From Octopus sinensis (taxonomy: Eukaryota): a stretch of DNA of 64,000 nt. This document shows positions 50,937 to 64,000 of the stretch, piece after piece. How positions within the stretch are numbered: position 1 is the first letter of the stretch; the number at the start of each line of letters is the position of its first letter. Below the pieces are notes generated by a model. That model was not told where the DNA came from and searched no databases. It saw nothing but the letters and a program-made list of their open reading frames with translations. The translations under genes and the position numbers were made by a program. The DNA is taken from positions 78,182,001 through 78,246,000 of the forward strand of contig NC_042998.1 of NCBI RefSeq assembly GCF_006345805.1. Direction: 5' to 3'.

Positions 50937-52065
50937 TTAAGATAATATGAGAATCTAATACCTCGTACTTAAGATATCCATTTTGTGAATGATATATGCA
51001 CTGTCATGATGAGTTTGCTGCGCTATGAACTGGTTGTTGCACATCTCCCAGCATGCTTTGCCATAGTCGAAAGTAAGACTGGAACGAGCAAGCAGAGCAG
51101 CTTCTACAAAACTGCTTATTTGCTGGAAATTGCAACCAAACCTTCCTCACATAACGTGATTTTTTTTTTTTTTTTTAATATTACTCGTCAGATAATGCAA
51201 TCCTAGATTACGCTACAATGTTAGAATGCTTTTCAGACAATGCGTTTACACGACACGGTATAGTCTGGCTTGAACTGATCTGTGCTGACATGAGCAAAAC
51301 AGCAACAACAATTACAGGAACTCACCGGTAATTCAGAGGGCACGGAAATGTCATGATGGATAAATGAAGCAACCACTCTTAGCGTTCTTCGTCCAACGTA
51401 GGGCTTGGACTTGGAAGTACTTTTAGATCACAGGGCACGAATGAAACCATTTCATTGGTTAATTATTAAAATGATCTGACTAATTACATTAACAATCATT
51501 TTCAATCAGAGTTATTTTAGATTGGTCATTACTTTGTTTATGGCTCGATTCGGTGCCTTCGAAAACAACAAGCATTTGGTATAGCATCGCTCTATGAAAC
51601 AATGCTGTTTGGAAATCAGGAACGACTCCCTTTTACATACGAGCATGGTCTTTTTCTTTCGAGTTGTTGTCGTCGTCGTCATCATCGCTACATCATAATC
51701 ATCATCATCATCACCATCATCGTGCATCATAGTAAATGCTACATTTATCAAGATTGTTCTTATGTTAGCTAGTTGTTACTGCCGTTTCTTTTTACCATTG
51801 TTCGTATCGTTGTGGATCAATGAGGTTTTAATGGTTAATATCACCATTAGACAAAGTTGTGTGGTGTTGCTGTTGATGTTGTTTATGATGGCGATGATGG
51901 TGTAAATTAAAATATGAATGTTGTCGTTTAGCCCCAGATGTAAACCACCTTGTCTTTTGGGAGAATGTAGGGCTACGTTGTCTAATTTTTCTTTTATAAA
52001 ACGTCAAGGTGATTTGGCTGTTATTTCTAGCTAAGCAAGGGACATCGCAGAGACTCCCCTATTAG

Positions 52066-53345
<1,280 letters not shown>

Positions 53346-53575
53346 AGCCGGGCTTGCTGGGCGAACCGTCAGTGCGTCGGACAAAATGCTTACTGATACT
53401 ACTTTCGGCTCGTTGCGTTCTGCGTTCGAATACCGCCGAAGTCGACTTTGCTTTTTATTCCTTTGGGGTTCTATAAAAAAATAAAGTACCAGTCAAGTGC
53501 TGGATTTATGATAGTGACTAACATCATTCATTACTCCACTCAAAAGTATCTGACCTTGCGCCTAAATTATTATTA
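53346..53575 (+). mobile_element. Degenerate SINE copy (AAGGCGGCGAGCTGGCAG-type)
   Basis: Contains gttctgcgttcgaataccgccgaagtcgactttgc and aataaagtaccag. Confidence 0.65.
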
Positions 53576-54334
53576 TTATTATTATTATTAAAAGTATTTT
53601 AATAATGGTTTAATGCAAAGTATTTTTGTTAGCATATACAGCATTTTAATCAAATGATACGAACAGAACAAAAACAACAATAATTACTACAACAATTATA
53701 ACAAGTCGAGCAAAACAAGAACAAATTTAATATTTCAAAGACTAAAAAGAGTTCACTGCAAAAGTACTGTAAAATAAACTAAAAAACAAAAATAAAAATA
53801 TATATATAACAATATCTAAAACAAGAAAACAAGCAATACAACATCAACATAACCAACAAAGAAAAAAAGGGGAAAAAAGGACTAGCGATAGAAAAATCAA
53901 CATAATATATAAAAAAAAAGCTTAAAATCAAAAAGGGTTATGACATCGTAAAATCAACAGGAAAGGCACAAGATAAACAACAGCAACAGGTACAGCAACA
54001 GGCAAAACTATTTTTATGAAATGTACGCCCCTGCCACAATTTACAGATGAAGTAAATAACCCAGCAACCCACTTGCGTCACTGAGTCAACGAACGAAACA
54101 ACAGAAATTGCCATAGTTTCAAACTCTGGCAATGTAGGTAAGTACTTATATTTAACTTCGTTTTACACACACACACACAAACACACACACACAGAGGCAT
54201 ATAGACACACCCGGATACACATACACACGCATATACACTCACGGATTCATACACACGCACCTACACTGACATATACATACACATATATACGTGTGGCCAA
54301 ACATGCACATGCCAGCACCATGTAGTCTCGTATA

Positions 54335-54427
<93 letters not shown>

Positions 54428-54617
54428 AAGGGTGTATATATACGTATGTTCAGTGTATACATGCCTCTATATATAATCTATATATATATATATATATACA
54501 CGTTTTTATATATACGCTCATATATTCATGAAATATGCATATATATATATATAATATATATAAACACACATGCATAAATGCATACCTATAACTTTGAGAA
54601 ATACGTGCACACATCCA

Positions 54618-54664
<47 letters not shown>

Positions 54665-54946
54665 CACACATACATACATGCATGCATGTGTGTGTATGTC
54701 CATATATATATGTATGTATGTATGTATATTCACGACATTGTTGTGTACATTTTTCTGAAGAATTCTACTTGCATGTTATTCGCTAATCAGAGGCTATAGC
54801 AGAAAACACTTGTTAACCATGTTGCCGAGAGATTGAATCGAGACGCGAACCACGTGGTTGTAGAAAGCACTAACTAATCAAACAAACGTGTGGTTTAGGT
54901 GCAGAGGCAGACAAAAATTCAGAAAAATGTCAGTTATTATCATTAC

Positions 54947-54979
<33 letters not shown>

Positions 54980-55234
54980 ATACATATATGTAAGTACACA
55001 ATATAATTATATATATATATAAGGATATATATACATACATTAGGTCGTTCAATTGTTTTTGCAATCGATCGATGGGCCGATTAAATTAACCTATCAATAA
55101 CGAAAAATATCCAATGACTATTATTCATTCTTTGTTTTATGAGTATGTATGTATGTATGTATGTATGTATGTATGTATGTATGTATGTATGTATGTATGC
55201 ATGTATGTATTATGTATGTATGTATGTATGTATG

Positions 55235-55266
<32 letters not shown>

Positions 55267-55454
55267 ACTTACTTGGAAAAGGATGCGTGGCGTTCAATCA
55301 TATAATAATATAATATATAATTATATGCATATATACATACATATATGTACATACTTGTATATGTATATATACATGCATATATGGGTAAGTACATTTAAAA
55401 ATATGTTGAACACAATGAGAAACGAAAAGATAAAAACAGTATGTATGCATGTAT

Positions 55455-55607
55455 GTGCTAGCACAGCTATGTGGTTAAGATTGTCACTTTGCAACTCCAT
55501 GGTCTGCAGAATAGTTCCACTGCCCGGTGCCTGGGTCAATGCCTTATGCTGTATTCTCAATCCAAGCGAACGTGACCTGGCAGGCAGAGGCTCTGTGGAA
55601 TCCTATC

Positions 55608-55642
<35 letters not shown>

Positions 55643-55671
55643 TATATATATATACATATATATATATAAAC

Positions 55672-55736
<65 letters not shown>

Positions 55737-55880
55737 CACAAACACACACAGACGATGGGCTTCCACTCAGTTTCTACTTGTTAAATATGATGTACTTGTT
55801 TGTGTATCTGCGTCGATGTTGTTTTGTTTACGTCCCCCTAACGAAGCAGTTCTGCAAAAAGAACGATAGAAAATGTTCTA
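55455..55880 (+). mobile_element. Degenerate long SINE copy
   Basis: Head gctatgtggttaag and 3' part gtttacgtccccctaacgaagcagttctgcaaaaagaacgatagaa. Confidence 0.55.
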
Positions 55881-56025
55881 AATTTGAAAATAAATATTAT
55901 AAATTTACTCCTACCTCAGTTCGTCTAATGGTATATATATTTATCGTTACTTTTCATAAAAAGCCTTTATTATTTTGATTTCCAGTGTGCATTTTTCGCA
56001 CATTTCGTACGTGTATGTATGTATG

Positions 56026-56066
<41 letters not shown>

Positions 56067-56429
56067 GTATATATATACATATATAAAATTATAATTTAGG
56101 GTATCTAAGAGATAGCAGCCAAAACTTGACTCTAAAACCGCGTATGTATACGTTCGTATATGTAAGTATATTGTATGTTGTATATATATGTGTGTGTGTG
56201 TGTTGTGTGTGTGTGTGTGCAGAGCCAAAAATCCAGGATCTGGAATTATCCAGTAATTTCTTTTTCTCCTGGTGCTGTATGAACATTTAATGTGATTTTA
56301 GAGTCAAGTTTTGACTGCTATTTCCAGCGAGGTGGTATCTCTTATATACCCTAATTTTTAATTTTGAATAATTATTACCTTTGAAAGTTTTTATTCTCAT
56401 GCTCGGCATTTAAATATCGATCTTATCCT

Positions 56430-57184
56430 TATTTATATAAATTTCTATACATACACACACATATATATACATATATATATATACATGCATGTATATATAT
56501 ATATATGTGTGTATGTATATATATATATATATTATATATATATATATGGGTGTGTGTGGTGTGTGTGGTGTGTATGTATATGTATATGTATATATATATA
56601 TATATGTATATATATATGTATATATATATGTATGTATATATATGTAAGTATATATATATATGTAAGTATATATATATATGTAAATATATATATATATGCA
56701 AATATATATATACATATATATATATAGTGTATAATAGAAATATTATTAGTATGGCGATAACTAATATAGTGTATATTTATATATTTATGTATGGATATAT
56801 ATATATATGTATGTATATATTTATGAATGGATATATATAAATAGGTATATATATATATATTATGACCCAGTGGTTAGAGCAGCGAACTCGCGGTTGTAGG
56901 ATCGCGGTTTCAATTCCCAGACCGGGCGTTGTGAGTGTTTATTGAGCGAAAACATCTAAAGCTCCACCAGGCTCCGGCAGGTTGGGGGGAGGGCGATCCC
57001 CGCTGTACTTTTTCGCCACAACTTTCTCTCACTCTTTCTTCTCTTGGCCTGCTCGCTTAGCCAGTGGGGTGGCATCATTTGAAGGCTAAAACAATGCGAA
57101 GCGCATTGTGACCAGCCATGTGTAGCAACATTTGATAGCCTGATCGGTCACGGTGATCCCGATGATATATATACATACATACAT

Positions 57185-57235
<51 letters not shown>

Positions 57236-57385
57236 TATATATGTATATATCATGCATGCATGCATGCATACATACATACATACATACATACATACATACA
57301 TACATACATACATACATACATGCATACATATACATACATACATACATACATACATACATACATACATACATACACACAGACACAT
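56430..57385. repeat. Compound TA/TG/TACA microsatellites interrupted by a SINE
   Basis: Direct reading. Confidence 0.9.
56861..57165 (+). mobile_element. tRNA-derived SINE (fourth family)
   Basis: A box cccagtggttagagc and B box ggtttcaattccc, followed by a non-tRNA body; inserted in a TA array. Confidence 0.75.
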
Positions 57386-57639
57386 ATAAAGGCAAGTGAA
57401 TGAGCATTATCCCAAATGCCCTCGATGATCTACATCACTGTTTGGATAATATTAATAAAAGAAATATTAGTTTTACTGTTATTAATAGCATCGTCCTTCA
57501 GTATTTATTTAGATACGAATATGAAAGTATTTCGTAAAACCCCTGTCAACGACTACTCCGCACATCTTAGTGTGCATGTAAGCAATGGATGGCCATGCGT
57601 TCGTCTGAGCTGATGTTATATGCATATATATTGTATATT

Positions 57640-58204
57640 AAGGCAGCGAGCTGGCAGAAACGTTAGGACGCCGGACGAAATGCGTAGCCGTATTTCGTCT
57701 GCCGTTACGTTCTGAGTTCAAATTCCGCCGAGGTCGACGTTGCCTTTCATCCTTTCGGGGTCGATTAAATAAGTACCAGTTACGTACTGGGGTCGGTATA
57801 ATCGACTTAATCTGTCTGTCTGTCCCTTCTATGTTTAGCCCCTTGTGGGTAATAAAGAAACATATATATTGTATATCCGTGTGCGTTTGTTTGTAGGCAT
57901 GTCTGTGGACGCACACGTAGTCTGTACATGTATGTGCAAGTGAGTATATACATATGCATACGTACCAATATATTTATTCTATTATTTTTATTATCATCAT
58001 CATCATTATTAGACCGGTTACATATTTAGCGGCATTTCACCAGTCCTCAAATTCCGCCGGGGTCGACTTTGCCTTTTACCCATACGGGGTCGATAAAATA
58101 AGTACCAATTAGGCACTAGTGTTGAAGTAATCTAACGCCCACCCCTAAAATTTCAGGTCTTGTGCTTATTGTAGAAAGGATAATTTTTATTACTCTTGTC
58201 ATCA

Positions 58205-58261
<57 letters not shown>

Positions 58262-58465
58262 TATTATTATTAAAGGCGGCGAGCTGGCAGAATCGTTAGC
58301 ACACCGAGTGAAATGCTAAGCAGTATTTCGTCTCCACTACGTTCTGAGTTCAGATTCCGCCCAGGTCGACTTTGCCTTTCATACTTTCGGGGTCAATAAA
58401 TTAAGTATCAGGTGAGTACGGGGGTCGAAGAAATCCCCCAAAATTCAAGCCTTGTGCCTATAGAA
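57640..58465 (+). mobile_element. Three tandem-oriented SINE copies (AAGGCGGCGAGCTGGCAG-type)
   Basis: 57640-57860, 58015-58175 (partial) and 58272-58465 share aaggc.gcgagctggcagaa...gttctgagttca.attccgcc.aggtcgac.ttgcctt. Confidence 0.85.
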
Positions 58466-58491
58466 AAAAGAATTATCATTATTATTATTAT

Positions 58492-58558
<67 letters not shown>

Positions 58559-59014
58559 TGTAGTTCACTCAGGCATGGTGATACTAATAACCTGGTCTTA
58601 GGACTTAATATAGACATGTTTCAGAACAAAGCATCAGTTGACCACAGAGAATAGAAATTAACATGACAAAGAAATAATAAATTATGTCATGTACTTCATT
58701 AGCTCACAGCTGTTTCCGTTATTAGTTTTCCTAAAGCATGTTTATGCTTCTTTCGTCGGTAATGCTTTCGTGTGTATATATAAATAAATGTAAATTCTTT
58801 TCCAAATGAGATTGTACTTCATTGCAGAATCTCCGATAAAGCTATGTAGGACGATGCACAAACATTCAACTTTGAGTGAATTGCATCTTATAACAGGAAC
58901 AGCTGTAAGCTACCGAACTTCATGACGTAATTTCTTATTCCCTTGCCATTCTAATTTCTTACACACACAAACACACGCGCGCACACACACACATATATAT
59001 ATAATTTATCCTTC

Positions 59015-59203
59015 CTTGTTTCAGTCATTGGACCACGGCCATGCTGGAGCATCGCCTTGAAGTGTTTAATCAAACAAATCAACCCCAGTAGTATTTCTTT
59101 TAAACCTGGTATTTATTCTATCGTTCTCCCGTATCGAACCGCTACATTATGGGGGACATAAACAAATGTCATCAGTTGTCAAGCGGTGATGGGGACAAAC
59201 ACA

Positions 59204-59243
<40 letters not shown>

Positions 59244-59480
59244 TGTATGTAAGTGTGTTCGTGTGTGTGAGCATGTATTTGTGTATATGTCTTGAATAAG
59301 TACCAGTCACGAAAAATCAATTACGTGCAGACATGGTTATGTTGTTAAGAAGCTCGTCTCGTAACCTCATTTTGTCAGGTTCAGTCCTATTGTGCGGCAC
59401 CATAAGCAAACATTTTCTGGTATGACCCAGAGCTGATGAATGCCTTGTGAGTCGATTTGGTGAAAATTCAAAGAGGCGCC
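59015..59480. mobile_element. Two partial long-SINE copies in opposite orientation
   Basis: 3' half on the minus strand at 59015-59210; degenerate 5' half on the plus strand at 59325-59480. Confidence 0.65.
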
Positions 59481-59526
59481 CCACCATCCCGGTATCAAGA
59501 TTGAAACATATATAACATACATAGGT

Positions 59527-59606
<80 letters not shown>

Positions 59607-59650
59607 GTAGGTAGGTAGATAGGTATAAATACACACATATATATATATAT

Positions 59651-62141
59651 ATCATCATCGTTTAGCGTCCGCTTTCCATGCTAGCATGGGTTGGACGGTT
59701 CAACTGGGGTCTGGGAAGCCAGAAGGCTGCACCAGGCCCAGTTTGATCTGGCAATGTTTCTACGGCTGGATGCCCTTCCTAACGCCAACCACTACAGGAG
59801 TGTAGTGGGTGCTTTTTACGTGCCACCGGCACAGGTGCCAGACGAGTCTGGCAAAAGGCCACGATCGGATGGTGCTTTTTATGTGCCACCGGCACGGGGG
59901 CCAGGCGAGGCTGGCAACGGCCACGAACGGATGGTGCTTTTTACGTTCCACCGGCACGAGGCCAGTCGGGGCGGAGCTGGCAACGGCCACGTTCGGATGG
60001 TTCTCTTATGTGCCACCGGCACTGGTAACTCAGCTGCAATTTCCATTGGTCGATTTCCATTCTGATTTCTCACTTGCCTCAACAGGTCTTCACAAGTAGA
60101 GTTTTGTGTCCCAAGAAGGGAAGGTATGCATTAGTGAACTGGCTACATCCCGTGTAGAAGGCCACGGGTTATGGTCTCACTTGTCCTGCCAGGTCTTCTC
60201 ACGCACAGCATACTTCCAGAGGTCTCGGTCTCTCGTCATTTCCTCAGTGAGACCTAAAGTTCGAAGGTCATGCTTCACCACCTCGTCCCAGGTCTTCCTG
60301 GGTCTGCCTCTTCCACAGGTTCCCTCAACCGCTAGGGTGTGGCACTTTTTCACACAACTATCTTCATCCATTCTCGCCACATGTCCATACCAGCGCAAAC
60401 GTCTCTCTTGCACACCACATCTGATGCTTCTTAGGTCCAGCTTTTATCTCAAGGTACTTACACTCTGTCGAGTATGAACACTGACATTACACATCCATCG
60501 GAGCATACTAGCTTCATTTCTTGCGAGCTTACGCATATCCTCAGCAGTCACGGCCCATGTTTCACTGCCATGTAGCATGGCTGTTCGTACACACGCGTCA
60601 TAAGTCTGCCTTTTACTCTGAACGAGAGGCCTTTTGTCACCAGCAGAGGTAAGAGCTCTCTGAACTATTCTTACTCTAGCAGTTACACTTTCAGCACACC
60701 CGCCCCCGCTGCTGACTTGGTCACCTAGGTAACGGAAGCTATCATCTATTTCTAGTTTTTCTCCCTGGAAAGTGACAGAAGTTGGTCTCACAGCATTTTC
60801 AGTGTTTATTGTTCCTGAGCATCTGCCACATACAAAAACTATCTTCCTAGTTAGCCTTCCTTTGACATTGCTGCACCTCTTATGTGTCCATAGCTTACAC
60901 TTGGTGCATCTTATAGAGTTTCTACCTACACCTTTTCTACAGATCGAGCAGGGTCATCTACCTGAAGGCGTTTGTGATTTGTCTACCTTCCTACTTATTA
61001 AGACTTTGGTTTTAGCTAGATTGACTCTAAGGCCCTTCGATTCTAATCCTTGCTTCCACACCTGAAACTTCTCCCCCAGTTCTGATAGTGACTCAGCAAT
61101 TAGAGCAAGGTCATCAGTATAGAGCAGTTCCCAAGGGCATCCTGTCTTGAATTCCTCCGTTATTGCCTGGAGGACTATGATAAATAGAAGGGGGCTGAGG
61201 ACTGATCCTTGGTGGATCCCTACCTCTACCTTGAATTCTTCACTGTACTCGTTGCCAACCCTCACCTTACTAGCAGCGTCCCTGTACATGGCTCGCACAG
61301 CTCTCACTAACCATTCATCTATCCCTAGTTTCCTCATTGACCACCAGATAAGGGATCGGGGGACCCTGTCGAAGGCTTTCTCCATGTCAACAAAAGCCAG
61401 GTACAGGGGCTTATCTTTGGCTAGGTATTTCTCCTGCAGCTGCCTTACCAGGAATATAGCATCAGTGGTACTTTTCCCTGGCACGAACCAAAACTGCATC
61501 TCATCTAAACTTACTCTCTCTCTAATTAGTTGGGCTATGACCCTCTCCGTAACCTTCATTACCTGATCCAACAGCTTGATACCTCTGTAATTATTTGTAT
61601 CTAGGGCGTCACCTTTACCTTTGTAGCAGTTGACTATTATGCTGCTACACCAGTCATTGGGTATGACTCCTTCGTGTATCACCTGATTAACTATACGGGT
61701 GACTAGGCTATAGCCGACACTTCCAGATATTTTGAGCATCTCTGCAGTGATTCCTGATGGGCCTGGGGCTTTCCCTGTCTTCATGCTTCTAATTGCCTTA
61801 ACTACCAAGGAACTGTCAACTCGGATAGCTGGTCCCTCTGTTGGGTCAACATTCGGCAGACTCTCTTTATCCCATTCATTTTCTTTATTCAGCAACCTTT
61901 CATAGTGGCGTCTCCAAACCTCTCTCTTTGCATCCTCATTTAGCGCAAGTGAACCATCTTCCATGCGAACACACTTCTCTCCTACCACATCACAATTCTC
62001 TCTCACACACTGTCTTGCAACGCGAAACACCTCCAGTCTTTGGTCCTCACGGCGCAGAACATTGGCAAATTTTTTCTTATCTGCTTCCCCTCTGGCTAGA
62101 TAGACCTGTCTCCTAGCTTCCCTTTTGGCAGTCTGATACAA
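59651..62141 (-). mobile_element. RTE-clade LINE, 5'-truncated; RT frame with two premature stops, 3' UTR and (GAT)n tail
   Basis: KAPGPSGI, YKGKGD..NYRGIKLL, FVDMEKAFDRV, QGSVLSPLLF, LLYTDDL, FRYLG, MLHGSETW, RLRWYGHV, RGRPRKTW. ORFs 62141-60954, 60791-60444 and 60413-60177 share one frame. Confidence 0.95.
59800..60025. repeat. ~59-bp minisatellite in RTE 3' UTR
   Basis: ggtgctttttacgtgccaccggcac...ggccacg..cggat repeated 3-4 times. Confidence 0.85.
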
Positions 62142-62201
62142 TATATATATATATACTTGTACATAGATAGCTAACAGATGGCCTCTTATTAGCTAATTAG
62201 C

Positions 62202-62407
62202 TACGAGGTGTGCTTGAGAAGTTCCTGGCTTTGGGTAAAATAAAATACAGGAGGATCGGTTAATTATGATTTTATTCAAAATATTTCCCTCTCAGATACA
62301 CACACTGCAGATTTTCTAAGCCCTGTAAAAGAACCCGAAAGTTTGGCCCTCTAACCATGCCTTTCTTCATACCCTTAAAGCCAGGAACTTTTCAGCACCC
62401 CGTCGTA
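62202..62407. mobile_element. Mariner-type MITE (~205 bp)
   Basis: TA-cgaggtgtgcttgagaagttcctggcttt ... aaagccaggaacttttcagcaccccgtcg-TA: about 30-bp TIRs with TA duplication. Confidence 0.85.
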
Positions 62408-62582
62408 ACTGTATCGATACACAAGTATACTTCTAACGAATTTTCACCGAAATTATGAAACACTAAATTGCATTTGAACTTAGAGCAAAGAAGAATTTAA
62501 ACTTCAAGTTACGCTTTACAATTTCTGCTACAAGACATAATAGCACTTCTTCCCTGTAATTCTTTACTTACTCTGCTTATAT

Positions 62583-62777
62583 ACTCTTTTACTCTTTTAC
62601 TTGTTTCAGTCATTTGACTGCGGTCATGCTGGAGCACCGCCTTTAGTCGAGCAAATCGACCCCGGGACTTATTCTTTGTAGCCCAGTACTTATTCTATCG
62701 GTCTCTTTTGCCGAACCGCTAAGTGACGGGACGTAAACACACCAGCATCGGTTGTCAAGCGATGTTCGGGGGGACAA

Positions 62778-62808
<31 letters not shown>

Positions 62809-62980
62809 CACATATACGATGGACTTCTTTAAGTTTCCGTCTACCAAATCCACTCACAAGGCATTGGTCGACCCGGGGCTATAGCAGAAGACACTTGCCC
62901 AAGATGCCACGCAGTGGGACTGAATCCGGAACCATGTGGTTGGTTAGCAAGCTACTTACCACACAGCCACTCCTGCGCCT
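62583..62980 (-). mobile_element. Full-length long tRNA-derived SINE
   Basis: Near-identical reverse complement of 41473-41890. Confidence 0.9.
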
Positions 62981-63378
62981 ATATCTATTTATTTATTTAG
63001 TCTAATACCATTCTTAAGTGATCATTCGGAATTTAACTAATTCAAACGAGGCAATAAGAAAATCCATAGCCAGCGGTGACTTAAATTCGGCAAATCAGCA
63101 TTCCCACAACTTTAAGTTATCTATTATATCACAGAAAGCAACACGCAACAAGTAATGCACGTCTATGTTCGTGTGTGCGTGTGTTCGTGTCACTACGCGA
63201 GTATGTGTGTCTGCTTGTGTTTATTTATATGTTGCTAGAGAAGCGGTACAATTCCAGCATTTAAACGCTTGAAACGAAAAATGACGTATCTCTCCTGCAT
63301 TATTTCCCCTCTCCCTTTCGCCATGTGCATACTGTGACCTTCTCCAACACTGCACGCAAAATATACATATATGTCTTC

Positions 63379-63379
<1 letters not shown>

Positions 63380-63419
<40 letters not shown>

Positions 63420-63449
63420 TATATACATACATATAGATAGATAGACAGT

Positions 63450-63537
<88 letters not shown>

Positions 63538-63730
63538 TAGATATATATGCATGTGTGTGTGTGTATATATATATTATATAATATATATAATTCATATATA
63601 TACATTTATATATATATATATCTATACACATACATATATATAAATATATGAATACACATATGTATACACACACATGGATGTATATATATGAATATATATA
63701 TGTATATATATTATTATATATATATATAAA
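63380..63730. repeat. Compound (TA)n/(GATA)n arrays
   Basis: Direct reading. Confidence 0.9.
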
Positions 63731-63866
63731 ACATTATTGGTGAATTGAAGAAATGGAGCTGAACGCAGATTGAACAGAAATTGCTGTTTACTGCTGTGAT
63801 TTTTGCTACTAGGTATCGGTTAACTTTTGATTAATCTACAACAAGATTATTCATCTGTTCTATTTC

Positions 63867-63900
<34 letters not shown>

Positions 63901-64000
63901 GTATACATATATGTATTTATATATATATGTGTGTGTGTGTGTGCATGCTGTTAGGAGTTTATTTCCCATCTACAGAGTTTCGGGTTCAGTTCCACTGTGT

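Noticed and set aside
59800-60025. CRISPR-like periodicity (also 39105-39247 and 30431-30508)
   Set aside because: Units are contiguous tandem repeats without unique spacers, inside eukaryotic transposons; no cas genes.

Overview
AT-rich, microsatellite-dense, repeat-dominated animal DNA. It is most likely from an Octopus species; this is an inference from SINE/LINE families I recognise and from the density of TA/GATA/TG arrays. I cannot support any host protein-coding gene, tRNA/rRNA gene or CRISPR array, and most ORFs in the track are translations of microsatellites. The window holds decayed transposable elements: CR1-clade LINE pieces of two families, one 5'-truncated RTE LINE, an ORF1 zinc-knuckle remnant, two mariners, a mariner MITE, a Tc1, a maT-like fragment, Helitron remnants, a probable Ty3/gypsy remnant and several tRNA-derived SINE families. 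The most interesting signals are: (1) five minimal type-I hammerhead-ribozyme-like motifs at four loci, typical of Penelope-like elements, some inside near-perfect fold-back hairpins with 18-21 nt loops; (2) two DNA transposons built from inverted duplicates of a single end; (3) a PHD-type finger inserted inside the RTE reverse transcriptase; (4) a LINE/SINE shared 3' tail with a compensated stem-loop; (5) a compact CCAAT-CRE-TATA-Inr-ATG-splice-donor module; (6) a local duplication cluster bracketed by Helitron remnants.
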